Of a stretch of DNA of 64,000 bases, positions 53,321-64,000 are shown piece after piece. Below the pieces are notes generated by a model that saw only the letters and a list, made by a program, of their open reading frames with translations, searched no databases and was not told the origin of the DNA. The DNA is from Macrostomum lignano (lineage: Eukaryota). The stretch spans positions 1 to 64,000 of the forward strand of contig NIVC01000943.1 in assembly GCA_002269645.1 (NCBI GenBank), given 5' to 3'. Every line of letters begins with the position of its first letter. Positions within the stretch are counted from its first letter, which is position 1. Made by a program: the position numbers and the translations under genes.

Positions 53321-54040
53321 CTGACTGACTGACTGACTGACTGACTGACTGACTGACTGACTGACTGACTGACTGACTGACTGACTGACTGACTGACTGA
53401 CTGACTGACTGACTGACTGACTGACTGACTGACTGACTGACTGACTGACTGACTGACTGACTGACTGACTGACTGACTGACTGACTGACTGACTGACTGA
53501 CTGACTGACTGACTGACTGACTGACTGACTGACTGACTGACTGACTGACTGACTGACTGACTGACTGACTGACTGACTGACTGACTGACTGACTGACTGA
53601 CTGACTGACTGACTGACTGACTGACTGACTGACTGACTGACTGACTGACTGACTGACTGACTGACTGACTGACTGACTGACTGACTGACTGACTGACTGA
53701 CTGACTGACTGACTGACTGACTGACTGACTGACTGACTGACTGACTGACTGACTGACTGACTGACTGACTGACTGACTGACTGACTGACTGACTGACTGA
53801 CTGACTGACTGACTGACTGACTGACTGACTGACTGACTGACTGACTGACTGACTGACTGACTGACTGACTGACTGACTGACTGACTGACTGACTGACTGA
53901 CTGACTGACTGACTGACTGACTGACTGACTGACTGACTGACTGACTGACTGACTGACTGACTGACTGACTGACTGACTGACTGACTGACTGACTGACTGA
54001 CTGACTGACTGACTGACTGACTGACTGACTGACTGACTGA
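53321..54040. repeat. Perfect (GACT)n / (TCAG)n microsatellite, 720 bp (~180 units), abutting the GPCR ATG
   Basis: Visible directly. Confidence 0.98.
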
Positions 54041-54053
54041 CACAGACGGGAGC

Positions 54054-54083
54054 ACTGAACACCAAAGATGGCCGCCTTATATA
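54054..54083 (-). promoter_or_regulatory. Candidate TATA box (TATATAAG) plus Inr-like TCAGT for the GPCR gene
   Basis: TATATAAG at 54083-54076 and TCAGT at 54058-54054, about 27 nt apart, on the coding strand. Confidence 0.45.
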
Positions 54084-55347
54084 CAGAAGCATTCCTGTGG
54101 ACTCGGGGGAGCGGATGGTATTATGAAGAGTTGGAAATCCCAGTCTGATAAAGCAAAATTTCTGCTCGCCATCGCTGCTGGCTAATTGCCCTGCCGTCTG
54201 CTGGCTTCCTGCTGTGCATTTCATCGAAAATGTAATTGGATAATCCGGCAGCTTGCAATAATAAGCAGCGCTCATCTAATTATGAGCCGGGATTGTTTGA
54301 TCAAATTATTTTTTAAAAGCCTTTGAGCTCAGTCAGCTGGTGTTTACTTTTTTCAGTATCTGGGCGGATTAAAAGCAGCAGCTCTGTATGTGGGTATTGA
54401 TACATTATTATGTTTGCATTGGCATGCAGTCAGTAGCCAACTGCTTTTATAAATATAAGTCGCTAAAGTTGTATGCGCAATATCTACTACAACTACTAAT
54501 TGGTATCAACAAACATTTCTAATATGGTTTGAAGAAACCCACTTTGTTCATTTATTTAATTGAGTAGAAAATCGACCATGCATTATATGTCGTATCATTA
54601 AAAATATTTGTTATTCTCATTCATGAATTAATAATATTTTTAGTATTTTTACTATTTTAAAAATACTATTGTTGATTGAATGCTAATATTATTATTGCTA
54701 TTAATATAATTATTTTTATTATTATTCCTAATATTCTTACTTTAAAAACCATTTTTCAATAATTTATCGGTAATAGTATAATTGCTATAAATACTGCTAT
54801 TCTCATTAATAAAGTCCTTCCTATCTAACATTTCTTATAAATGAAAATAGGGAACAGTTTCACGATTCGCAGCTTTATTAGAAAAGAAATAAATATTGCA
54901 ATCATGCAGCTGTTTTTTTATAGTTTCTACATGTATATACTGTAATTCATATTCTTAACAGATAAAAAATTTATTCACACGTGTATTTTATTGTGTAAAT
55001 AATAAAAAAAGTAGCAAAAGGGAATGTTTTCCAACAAAAAATTCTGAAATTATCAGTCAATTTTATTGAAGTTCATCGTCTTTGATGCTTCAAGTTTTTG
55101 ATACGAGAAATGACGACTAGAATTTACGTGCATTCTAATAGTAATATTTCTAGTTCTTTTATTTGTGCGCTACAAAAAATAACAGCTTTTCCGTTAAAAA
55201 TATCATTTAGCGCTTTGTTGTTTTGATTTCTCCGACAAAGTTTTGTTATAATAATTATATCTATAGAAGCCAAGCGACACATATTCAAAATGTTGCGAAA
55301 AAACGAATTCTAAAATACCCAGTGTACATTGCTCAAAGCCGACAAAC

Positions 55348-58300
55348 ATGCCTTCGTTTAATACACATGAACCACAGATCGCCAAGAAAAAGCAGTCTAG
55401 AGTTATACTGAAGCGAAGGTACATTTCTGATGTAGTCGAAGTCGAAGAAAAACCACCGCCAAAGCCTCCAAAAGTACACGATACTGGAGTTAGCGATGAA
55501 GTACTGGAAGGTCTTACAGATGCATTTGAACTACTGTACAATCCAAACTACTTTGGACACCTAGAATTTGAAGAGCAAATAAAAAAGTTCAAAAGTCGAG
55601 ATCTCCTTGAAGCAAAATTGTACAAAACTGCCCTTAAAGCATTCGGCAATCAGCGATTTGTTCGGGAGCGCCTAGCGAAAGACAATGGAAGAAAACGAGT
55701 ATTCGTTGCTCAGCCACTGTCTGAACTCCGCGGCTTTGATTCATTTTCATCAGTGTCTTGCCTTCCTAAAATCAGCAGTGACTCTAGGAACGCAGACTCT
55801 TCAGAATCCGATGCAGCCACGGCAGAGCTCGAGGATCCGGCGGCACAAGAGATGTCAAGATATCAACAGTGGCTGAAGAAGCGCCAAGTGCAACATCGGG
55901 ACTTGGAGCGCATGGGAGACGTTGAGCGCTACCTCCGAGGCAAGGGCGGCCAGCTGTCCAGCATGGAGAGGGCCACCCTTCACAAAATCGAGGAGAGCCG
56001 TCGGCCAAAAGAAGTTGAGCAGGTGGTCGAGGAGGCGGCCGAGGTCCGCACGCGCCCGCCCTCCAAAGTGTCGGTAAAGCGGCCGTCCCCGCTGGCGCTC
56101 TTTATCATCGATGGCGAGCTACGCAAGCGGAAGCTGCGCCTGTCGGACCTGTTCACCAGCATCGACAAGGACAAGGACTGGCTGCTGACCCGGGACGAGT
56201 TCCGCAAGGCGATGCGGCAGAACCGCGTGCCACTGCCGGAGCCGCTGCTGGAGGACATGATCATCACCCTGGACCAGGACAACAACAACCAGCTGGACTA
56301 CCGGGAGCTCGCCCAGGGACTCGAGCAGTACAGGCGCGAACGGCGCTCGCCGGAGTTTCTAGCGCTGCTGTCGGAGGAGTCGAACCAGTTCCTGCTAGCC
56401 AGGGGCGCCGACACCACCGGCGCCTCGTCGCCGTCCGAAGGCGACGCTGCCGAGTCGCCAAGCGGCGACGGCGCCGGCGCCCGCAGCCCAGACTCGGCAA
56501 CCGCCGGCGGCCCCGCCGGTTCCGCCACTGCAGCAACCGCGTCCGGTGCCGAGTCGCAGTTGTCAACCCTGCGGCCTGGTGAATTCGACACCTCGCAGGT
56601 GCGCGCCGACATGGCGTGGGAATACCCCTGTTAGGCATGGGATACCCCTGTTAGGCATGGGATACCCCTGTTAGGCATGGGATACCCCTGTTAGGCATGG
56701 AATACCCCTGTTAGGCATGGAATACCCCTGTTAGGCATGGGATACCCCTGTTAGGCATGGAATACCCCTGTTAAGGCATAGAATACCCCTGTTAGGCATG
56801 GAATACCCCTGTTAGGCATGGAATACCCCTGTTAGGCATGGAATACCCCTGTTAAGGCATGGAATACCCCTGTTAAGGCATGGAATACCCCTGTTAAGGC
56901 ATGGAATACCCCTGTTAGACATGGAAATAGCTATCATCTCCTATTAGATATGACGCCTCCAAAGACTCAGCTGAACCAACTCTCAATGTCTCAGCAAAGA
57001 TTCAAACCCTGAACCACTCCAGGAGCGCTACTCGGTGAACAACGCGGAGGCCTCGGCGGAGCTGCGCAGGCGGGACCGGGTCGCCCTGCGCTACATGCGC
57101 AAAGGCCGCCATCGGGGCGAGGAATTCCGCTCGATGGTGAAAACCTTCGACCGCGACATCGACGATCACGTGACACCGTCCAGCCTGCCGGAGCGCCCGC
57201 TGGCCGAGCAGGTGGACGCCTACAGGCAGCGGCAGCTGCGCGAGTTCATGTCCATTGTGGAGGCGTGCAAGGAGCGGGGCGTGGTGTTCTCCGAGCGGCT
57301 CTGCCGGCGGGTCTTCCTGCACCCGGCGGACCGCACCAGGAAGCAGATCGGCCAGCAGGTGAGTCCGCCTGGGAGCTGCTGAGCTGCGCATGGCTTTGAG
57401 CACACTGCTCAGGAATCTCGTCTCCTGTTTACATTAATTTAGTTCTCGCCTCACCATGAAACCATCCGTAGATTTCGAATCGACAGTGAAGGTAAACTTT
57501 TTTCGTTTTAACAAAAACGACTTCACAGTAAGCTAAGAAGACTCACAAAACACTTTTAAAAACGGTCCCAGCTTCACGACCCCTATCACCCCTCACCCTT
57601 CATCCTAAGCTCACTCCTCACCCTCCGTCACCCAAAGCTCACATCTCACCCTCCATCATCAAGCTCACATCTCACCCTCCATCATCAAGCTCACTTCTCA
57701 CCCTCCATCATCAAGCTCACATCTCACCCTCCATCATCAAGCTCACCTCGCACCCTCCATCATCAAGCTCACTTCTCACCCTCCATCATCAAGCTCACTT
57801 CTCACCCTCCATCATCTCAAGCTCACCTCGCACCCTCCATCATCTCAAGCTCACCTCGCACCCTCCATCATCTCAAGCTCACATCTCACCTTCCATCACC
57901 CCAAGCTCACTTCTCACCCTCGGTTACCTAAACCTCACCCTCGGCCTTTCTCAACTCAACTTTATTCCAACTTCCAAACGTTCCTCAGGTGGCGCCCCCG
58001 GGTTCGAATCCCAGCGAGCTGCCGTCCAGCGCTGTGCTGCCGCCCGGCCAGCGGGCCACCCTCGCCGCTGCTGCTGGAGGTCGTCGAGGCGGCGACCCTG
58101 GCGTGGTCGGAGTCGCAAGCGGCGGCGCTATCGGCAGCGGCGCGCCATGGTGGCGCCAGGGCGGAGGCAGCAGCGGTGGCGGAGGCGGCGGTGGAGGCGG
58201 CGGTGGAGGCGGCGGCGGCGGCGGTCGCGCCAGCAATATGGCGCGGCTCAGACGGGCTTTGCCGACCCAGCGCGACCTGCTGGTTGACGACGACGACGCC

Positions 58301-59345
58301 GAAGTCGAGCTGCCGACCGGCACGGCGATGGTGCGGCGGAAAGTCGACTGTTGGCTGACGTTTGAGGAGTTCCAGCGACTCACCGACAAGATCGACTATT
58401 CGAGACAGGTGGGAAAGCCGGGTGACCCTGTCTAACAGCCGTGATGACCCTGTCTAACAGTGTGATGACCCTGTCTAACAGTGTGATGACCCTGTCTAAC
58501 AGTGTGATGACCCTGTCTAACAGTGTGATGACCCTGTCTAACAGCCGTGATGACCCTGTCTAACAGCCGTGATGACCCTGTCTAACAGCCGTGATGACCC
58601 TGTCTAACAGTGTGATGACCCTGTCTAACAGTGTGATGACCCTGTCTAACAGCCGTGATGACCCTGTCTAACAGTATGATGACCCTGTCTAACAGTGTGA
58701 TGACCCTGTCTAACAGCCGTGATGACCCTGTCTAACAGTGTGATGACCATGTTTAACAGTGTGATGACCCTGTCTAACAGTGTGATGACCATGTTTAACA
58801 GTGTGATGACCCTGTCTAACAGTGTGATGACCCTGTCTAACAGTATGATGACCCTGTCTAACAGTGTGATGACCATGTTTAACAGTGTGATGACCCTGTC
58901 TAACAGTCGTGATGACCCTGTCTAACAGTGTGATGACCCTGTCTAACAGTGTGATGACCATGTTTAACAGTGTGATGACCCTGTCTAACAGCCGTTTAAA
59001 CAGCAGTTTAATCAGCTAGGGGGGTTCCAATCCAAGAACTGTCGACAGTCCTTGTCCAACTCCGCAGGCGCATCTCCGTGGACCCCGCAAGGATGCTTTC
59101 TGGCCGGGCCGCCTGGAAGGCCGGGTCCGCCGTTTCCTAGAAAGCGGACTGGACGGCGCCTCCGCCTACGGGCCGCAGCTGATGTTCCAGGCCACCCAGC
59201 CCGCGCGGGGCGGGCGCAGCCACCCCTACCTGCCCAAAGAGAGCTGGCCGGTGGTCGGGGTCACGTGACCTACGGCTCCATCGACCCGACGCTGGCGCAC
59301 GAGATCACGGGGCCTCGGCGGCTGCAGCAGAAACTGGCGCACTAG
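55348..59345 (+). CDS. EFCAB12: EFCAB12-like EF-hand protein. Exons: 55348-56598, 57023-57358, 57989-58408, 59068-59268 (or to 59345 if the G-run frameshift is corrected)
   Basis: EF-hand pair LFTSIDKDKDWLLTRDEF / TLDQDNNNQLDYREL. QWLKKRQVQHRDLERMGDVERYL, DDHVTPSSL...CKERGVVFSERLCRRVFLHPAD and AFWPGRL match recalled EFCAB12 blocks. Phase-0 GT-AG junctions. Confidence 0.75.
56618..56925. repeat. 20-bp intronic minisatellite GGAATACCCCTGTTAGGCAT
   Basis: Visible directly. Confidence 0.95.
57590..57915. repeat. 26-bp intronic minisatellite AAGCTCACATCTCACCCTCCATCATC
   Basis: Visible directly. Confidence 0.9.
58421..58992. repeat. 21-bp intronic minisatellite GTGATGACCCTGTCTAACAGT
   Basis: Visible directly. 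Confidence 0.95.
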
Positions 59346-59584
59346 ACTGACTGGAGACTCCAGAAAATTTTGTGCTGCTCAGCCATCATGCTGCTGCCAA
59401 TCTCGCTTTCACTTAATTTGCATGTTTCACTCAAGTGTTTTCATCGAATTTTCGGATGATCTGCTTTGATTCCGTGCATGCCTTCCCATTGTACACATGC
59501 TCTAATATATTGCAACAATCAGCTTTAATCTGTAAGTGGCAACTCAGACTTAATAAAGTCATTACCTACGAAGCAAAACTGTGA

Positions 59585-60390
59585 ATGAGCAGGATGGGGC
59601 ATGAGCAGGATGGGGCATGAGCAGGATGGGGCATGAGCAGGATGGGGAATGAGCAGGATGGGGAATGAGCAGGATGGGGCATGAGCAGGATGGGGCATGA
59701 GCAGGATGGGGAATGAGCAGGATGGGGAATGAGCAGGATGGGGAATGAGCAGGATGGGGAATGAGCAGGATGGGGAATGAGCAGGATGGGGAATAAGCAG
59801 GATGGGGAATGAGCAGGCTGGGGAATGAGCAGGATGGGGAATGAGCAGGATGGGGAATGAGCAGGATGGGGAATAAGCAGGATGAGGAATGAGCAGTGGG
59901 ATAGGCCGGGGATGAGCAGGGAATGAGTAGGGGGATGAGTAGGGGAATGAGCATGGGAAGGAGCAGGGGAATGAGCAGGGGAATTATCAGGGGAATGAGC
60001 ATGGGAAGGAGCAGGGGAATGAGCAGGGAAAATATCAGGGGAATGAGCAGGGCAATGAGCAGGGGAATGAGCAGGGGAATGATCAGGGGAATGAGCAGAG
60101 AAATGAGCAGGGTGAATAGCAGGGGAATGAACAGGGGAATGATCAGGGGAATGAGCAGGGGAATGAGCAGGGGAATGAGCAGGGCAAATATCAGGGGAAT
60201 GAGCAGGGGAATGAGCAGGGGAATGAGCAGGGCAAATATCAGGGCAATGAGCAGGGGAATGAGCAGGGGAATGATCAGGGGAATGATCAGGGGAATGAGC
60301 AGAGAAATGTGCAGGGTGAATAGCAGGGGAATGAACAGGGGAATGATCAGGGGAATGAGCAGAGAAATGAGCAAGGTGAATAGCAGGGTG
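59585..60390. repeat. Purine-rich minisatellites: 15-bp GAGCAGGATGGGAAT-like grading into 12-bp GAGCAGGGGAAT
   Basis: Visible directly. Confidence 0.93.
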
Positions 60391-60687
60391 ACAAGAAGGG
60401 TTATGAACATGAAGTGCTGGAGTTGTTATGCCCATGGATGAATAATATAACTGGATCGCCAGAAGCTCGATTTTTTGGTCCTAGCCATAGACAAGCAGCA
60501 GCATCACAAGAAGCTCAGAATGCCGTACTTTCACACATGTTCTGTAAATTGCCCGTGATCAGTGCTTCGTAAAATTGGCCCTGCAGCTAAATGACAACTG
60601 AAAATAGACTTTTTTGCCTTTTGTGATAAAAGTTCTATGAACAAATTGTATTGTTATTCATTGTATATATACATATACGTAAGAGTA

Positions 60688-62234
60688 TTGGTTTTGACAA
60701 TTAATATGAGAAGATGGACAATCAAAATGAAAACAGCCGTAGATCTGCATGCAGAAGCTCAGCGCAGCTTTGCAGCAGCTGCGGCTTAGGCCATAGACTT
60801 TTTTGACGATCGAAATGAGAATTGGTCAATCAAAATGGCAACGCGCAGTTAGTTTAGCGAGGCAGCACATTTAAGCATTAGCCAGCCATCTTTCTCAGCC
60901 ATCTCTCTAGTTTGCTGGTAATAGCACCACATGTGAGTCCAGAGGACCGACGTCGGCTCATCGAGGCAATAGATCGAGGCACACCGGTTAAGGACGCAGC
61001 AATAATCCTTCAGCTATCAAGTTCAACTGCTCATCGCATCGTGAGGCTGTACAGGAATGAGGGAAGGATAGACAGTATGCCTCGTGGAGGCCGAAAAAAA
61101 GCAAGGTGCAAGGTGGATGAGGAGATTCGTGAATTTCTGGAAGCAGAGGTGAACCGCAACCCCTTCCTCACCCTGAGCGAGATGGCACAGCGGGTCAACA
61201 ACCATTTCTTCGACAAACTGGACATCTCGTACAGAAGTGTGGACAGAATTCTACAGGGATTGATGTACACAGTTAAGCTGGCCACCAAGGGCACGGATGT
61301 GCGCTCGAGAACGAACAGCCAGGAGAACATTGAGGCTCGGTGAGAGTACGCATAGTTCGTGCTGAACTTGGACCCTGCAGTACGATTGGTATTTCTCCAT
61401 GAAACGGGCTTCAATTTGTGGACCAGACGATCGCAGGGTCGCAGCCTGAAGAGGTGAGGCGAAGGGTCACAACGCAGCGCGGACCAAATGTGATTGTTTG
61501 CATGGCGATAGCCGATGAGTTTGGCCTCGTGCACTCGTCGGTGTTCCGAGGAGGCCAGACGAACGCCAGATTTCAGATCTTCATCGACGAACTGAACTGT
61601 GGCTTCGTGGCTTGTCGTGATGGACGGTCCGCATTTCCATCGAGCAGCGCGCATTCCGCAACATCTGCAGCACGCTGTGTCCATCCGCATTCTTCTGGGA
61701 TATTCACCTTTTCTGAACCCTTCGGAATTCGCCAACAGTTGCCTCAAGGCCAAGATCAAAAGCAGACTGGCGCAGCCTGACATCGTTGAGGAAGAGGCAG
61801 TTGCCCCAGAAGGCATGAACCAGGAAGAGTGGCGTTACATGCTGCTGGAGAGAGTGGCACGTGAGTCACTGCCTGAAGCCGTGACTCCGGACAAGGCAGC
61901 TGCGTAGGAATTGCGCTGCTTCCGTCATCTTGGACGCTGCCTTGCTGGGCAGGAGTTCTGAACCTATGCTGTTGGACTGCTGTGTTTCCATCTTTTTTCT
62001 GACTGTGTTGCCATTTCTGTTGTTAATTTCTTGCTTCTATTGTTAAATTTTCATTTAAATAAACGTTCACACTGCTCCCGTTGCCATTTTGATTGACCAA
62101 TTCTCATTTCGATCGTCAAAAAAGTCTATCGCCTAAGCCGCAGCTGCTGCGAAGCTGAGCTGAGCTGCTGCATGCAGATCTACGGCTGTTTTCATTTTGA
62201 TTGTCCATCTTCTCATATTGATTGTCAAAACGAA
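60688..62234 (+). mobile_element. Defective Tc1/mariner (IS630-family) DNA transposon with 156-bp TIRs and a TA TSD
   Basis: TIRs at 60688-60843 and 62079-62234, with TA at 60686-87 and 62235-36. The transposase remnant has an N-terminal HTH (LSSSTAHRIV), LVFLHETGF (first D changed to H), VVMDGPHFH and YSPFLNPSE. It contains stops and frameshifts. Confidence 0.9.
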
Positions 62235-62353
62235 TATTATAATGACAGGCACCATTTTTTATTGTTTAAATCAGAAAATACTTTTCGACCATAGACAATT
62301 TATTTTCATATGTTTCTAAACATATCGGCACACCTAATTACATATATTCCCAG

Positions 62354-64000
62354 GCTCTACTGGTCCGGTGCTTGTGTTCGAATCCATCATTAACAAATTT
62401 TGCAAGGGACTGCTCGGCTGGGATTATCTATCATTCAGACTGTGGATTGGAATCTGGATATTTGTCATATTGCTGCTGTTTGTGGCATTCGACTTGAGCG
62501 CCCTGGTTAAGTGAGTCGCTGGCACTTTAAGTCAGATTGCGTCACATGATCCAGTCAGATTGCGTCACATGATCCAGTCAGGTTGTGTCAGACAATCCAG
62601 TCAGGTTGTGTCAGACAATCCAGTCAGGTTGTGTCAGACAATCCAGTCAGGTTGTGTCAGACAATCCAGTCAGGTTGTGTCAGACAATCCAGTCAGGTTG
62701 TGTCAGACAATCCAGTCAGGTTGTGTCAGACAATCCAGTCAGATTGTGTCAGACAGTCTAGTCAGATATTGTGTCAGACAGTCCAGTCAGATTGTGTCAG
62801 ACAGTCCAGTCAGATTGTGTCAGACAGTGCAGTCAGATTGTGTCAGACAGTGCAGTCAGATATTGTGTCAGACAGTGCAGTCAGATATTGTGTCAGACAA
62901 TCCAGTCAGGTTGTGTCAGACAATCCAGTTAGATTGTGTCAGACAGTCCAGTCAGGTTGTGTCAGACAATCCAGTCAGGTTGTGTCAGACAATCCAGTCA
63001 GGTTGTGTCAGACAATCCAGTCAGATTGTGTCAGACAGTCTAGTCAGATATTGTGTCAGACAGTCCAGTCAGATATTGTGTCAGACAGTCCAGTCAGATA
63101 TTGTGTCAGACAATCCAGTCAGATTGTGTCAGACAATCCAGTCAGGTTGTGTCAGACAATCCAGTCAGGTTGTGTCAGACAGTCCAGTCAGATTGTGTTA
63201 GACAATCCAGTCAGATATTGTGTCAGACAATCCAGTCAGGTTGTGTCAGACAGTCCAGTCAGATTGTGTCAGACAGTCCAGTCAGATATTGTGTCAGACA
63301 GTCCAGTCAGATATTGTGTCAGACAGTCCAGTCAGATTGTGTCAGACAATGGAGCAGGCCCTATTCTAATCCTCAGGTACATCACCCGTTTCACGGAGGA
63401 GTCCTTCGCCAGCCTGATAGCTCTAATCTTCATCATCGAGGCCTTCAAGAAGCTGAGCAACATTCTGAAAGCCTACCCAGTGAATTCCAATTGGCATCCC
63501 ACTTACACGCCGAGCCTGACTTGCACCTGCGAGCTGAAGCCCGGATTCAACAGGTCGCAGCCGCTATCGCAGGGTCAGCACCTGCGCATTCCCAGCTACT
63601 ACGACTCGGACGGGCTCTACTACGTGAACCACTCTGCCATCCCCTACTATGACTGGGGCTGGTACGAGAACAAGAAGCTGTGCAGCTCGCATGATGGCCA
63701 GTGGGTTGGCAGCGGCTGCAATCAATTCGCTGTGCCCGACGTATTCTTCTTCTCCTGCCTGCTCAGCATTGGCATTTTTGTGCTCAGCTACGGACTCAAG
63801 CTAATGAGAAACTCGCCATTCTTTCCTAATCGAGTTCGAGCGCTTATTAGCGATTTCACCGTCATGCTGGCCATTGTCGCCATGACTGTCCTCGACCTGC
63901 TTGTCGGCTTGCAGACGCCGAAGCTGCACGTGCCTGAGACCTTCTCGCCAACGCTGGGCTACGAGACTTGGGGCTGGATTGTGCCAGGAACCAGAATCCC
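62354..64000 (+). CDS. SLC4: SLC4 family bicarbonate transporter (Na-driven/NBC-like), internal TM exons only: 62354-62510 and 63377->64000
   Basis: GSTGPVLVFE...FRLWIGIW...DLSALVK|YITRFTEESFASLIALIFIIEAF...PDVFFFS...FFPNRVRALISDFTV...TPKLHVP. Phase-2 junction AA|GTGAGT...CCTCAG|G. The gene runs off the window. Confidence 0.92.
62540..63348. repeat. 23-bp intronic minisatellite GTGTCAGACAATCCAGTCAGGTT variants
   Basis: Fills the SLC4 intron. Confidence 0.95.

Noticed and set aside
59562-60441. Hydrophobic (LLIP) and His/Pro-rich ORFs resembling membrane or extensin proteins
   Set aside because: Translations of 12- and 15-bp purine-rich minisatellites.

Overview
Eukaryotic (metazoan) genomic DNA, not prokaryotic. 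It has intron-split genes with GC3-rich exons, AT-rich 5' regions, and a different minisatellite in most introns. This architecture fits a free-living flatworm such as Macrostomum (inference). Most ORFs in the supplied track are artefacts of tandem repeats or antisense frames. Eight spliced genes were reconstructed by hand with phase-consistent GT-AG junctions: a C12orf56/DUF4551-like gene (-), a uridine-cytidine kinase-like gene with a substituted catalytic Asp (+), a C8orf89-like gene (+), succinyl-CoA ligase ADP-forming beta subunit SUCLA2 (+), a secreted Cys-rich ShK-like protein (-) followed by an in-frame 42-aa transmembrane ORF, a family-B/Methuselah-like GPCR (-), an EFCAB12-like gene (+) and two exons of an SLC4 bicarbonate transporter whose 5' half I could not find in the window. 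Mobile DNA comprises three copies of a non-autonomous Helitron family (two in tandem) that carry interchangeable satellite cargo and a tRNA-like module, a young 5'-truncated RTE-like LINE with a 10-bp TSD, a decayed Tc1/IS630-family transposon with 156-bp TIRs, a foldback MITE and an RNase H relic. Homology calls rest on motifs I recall from human proteins and need database confirmation.
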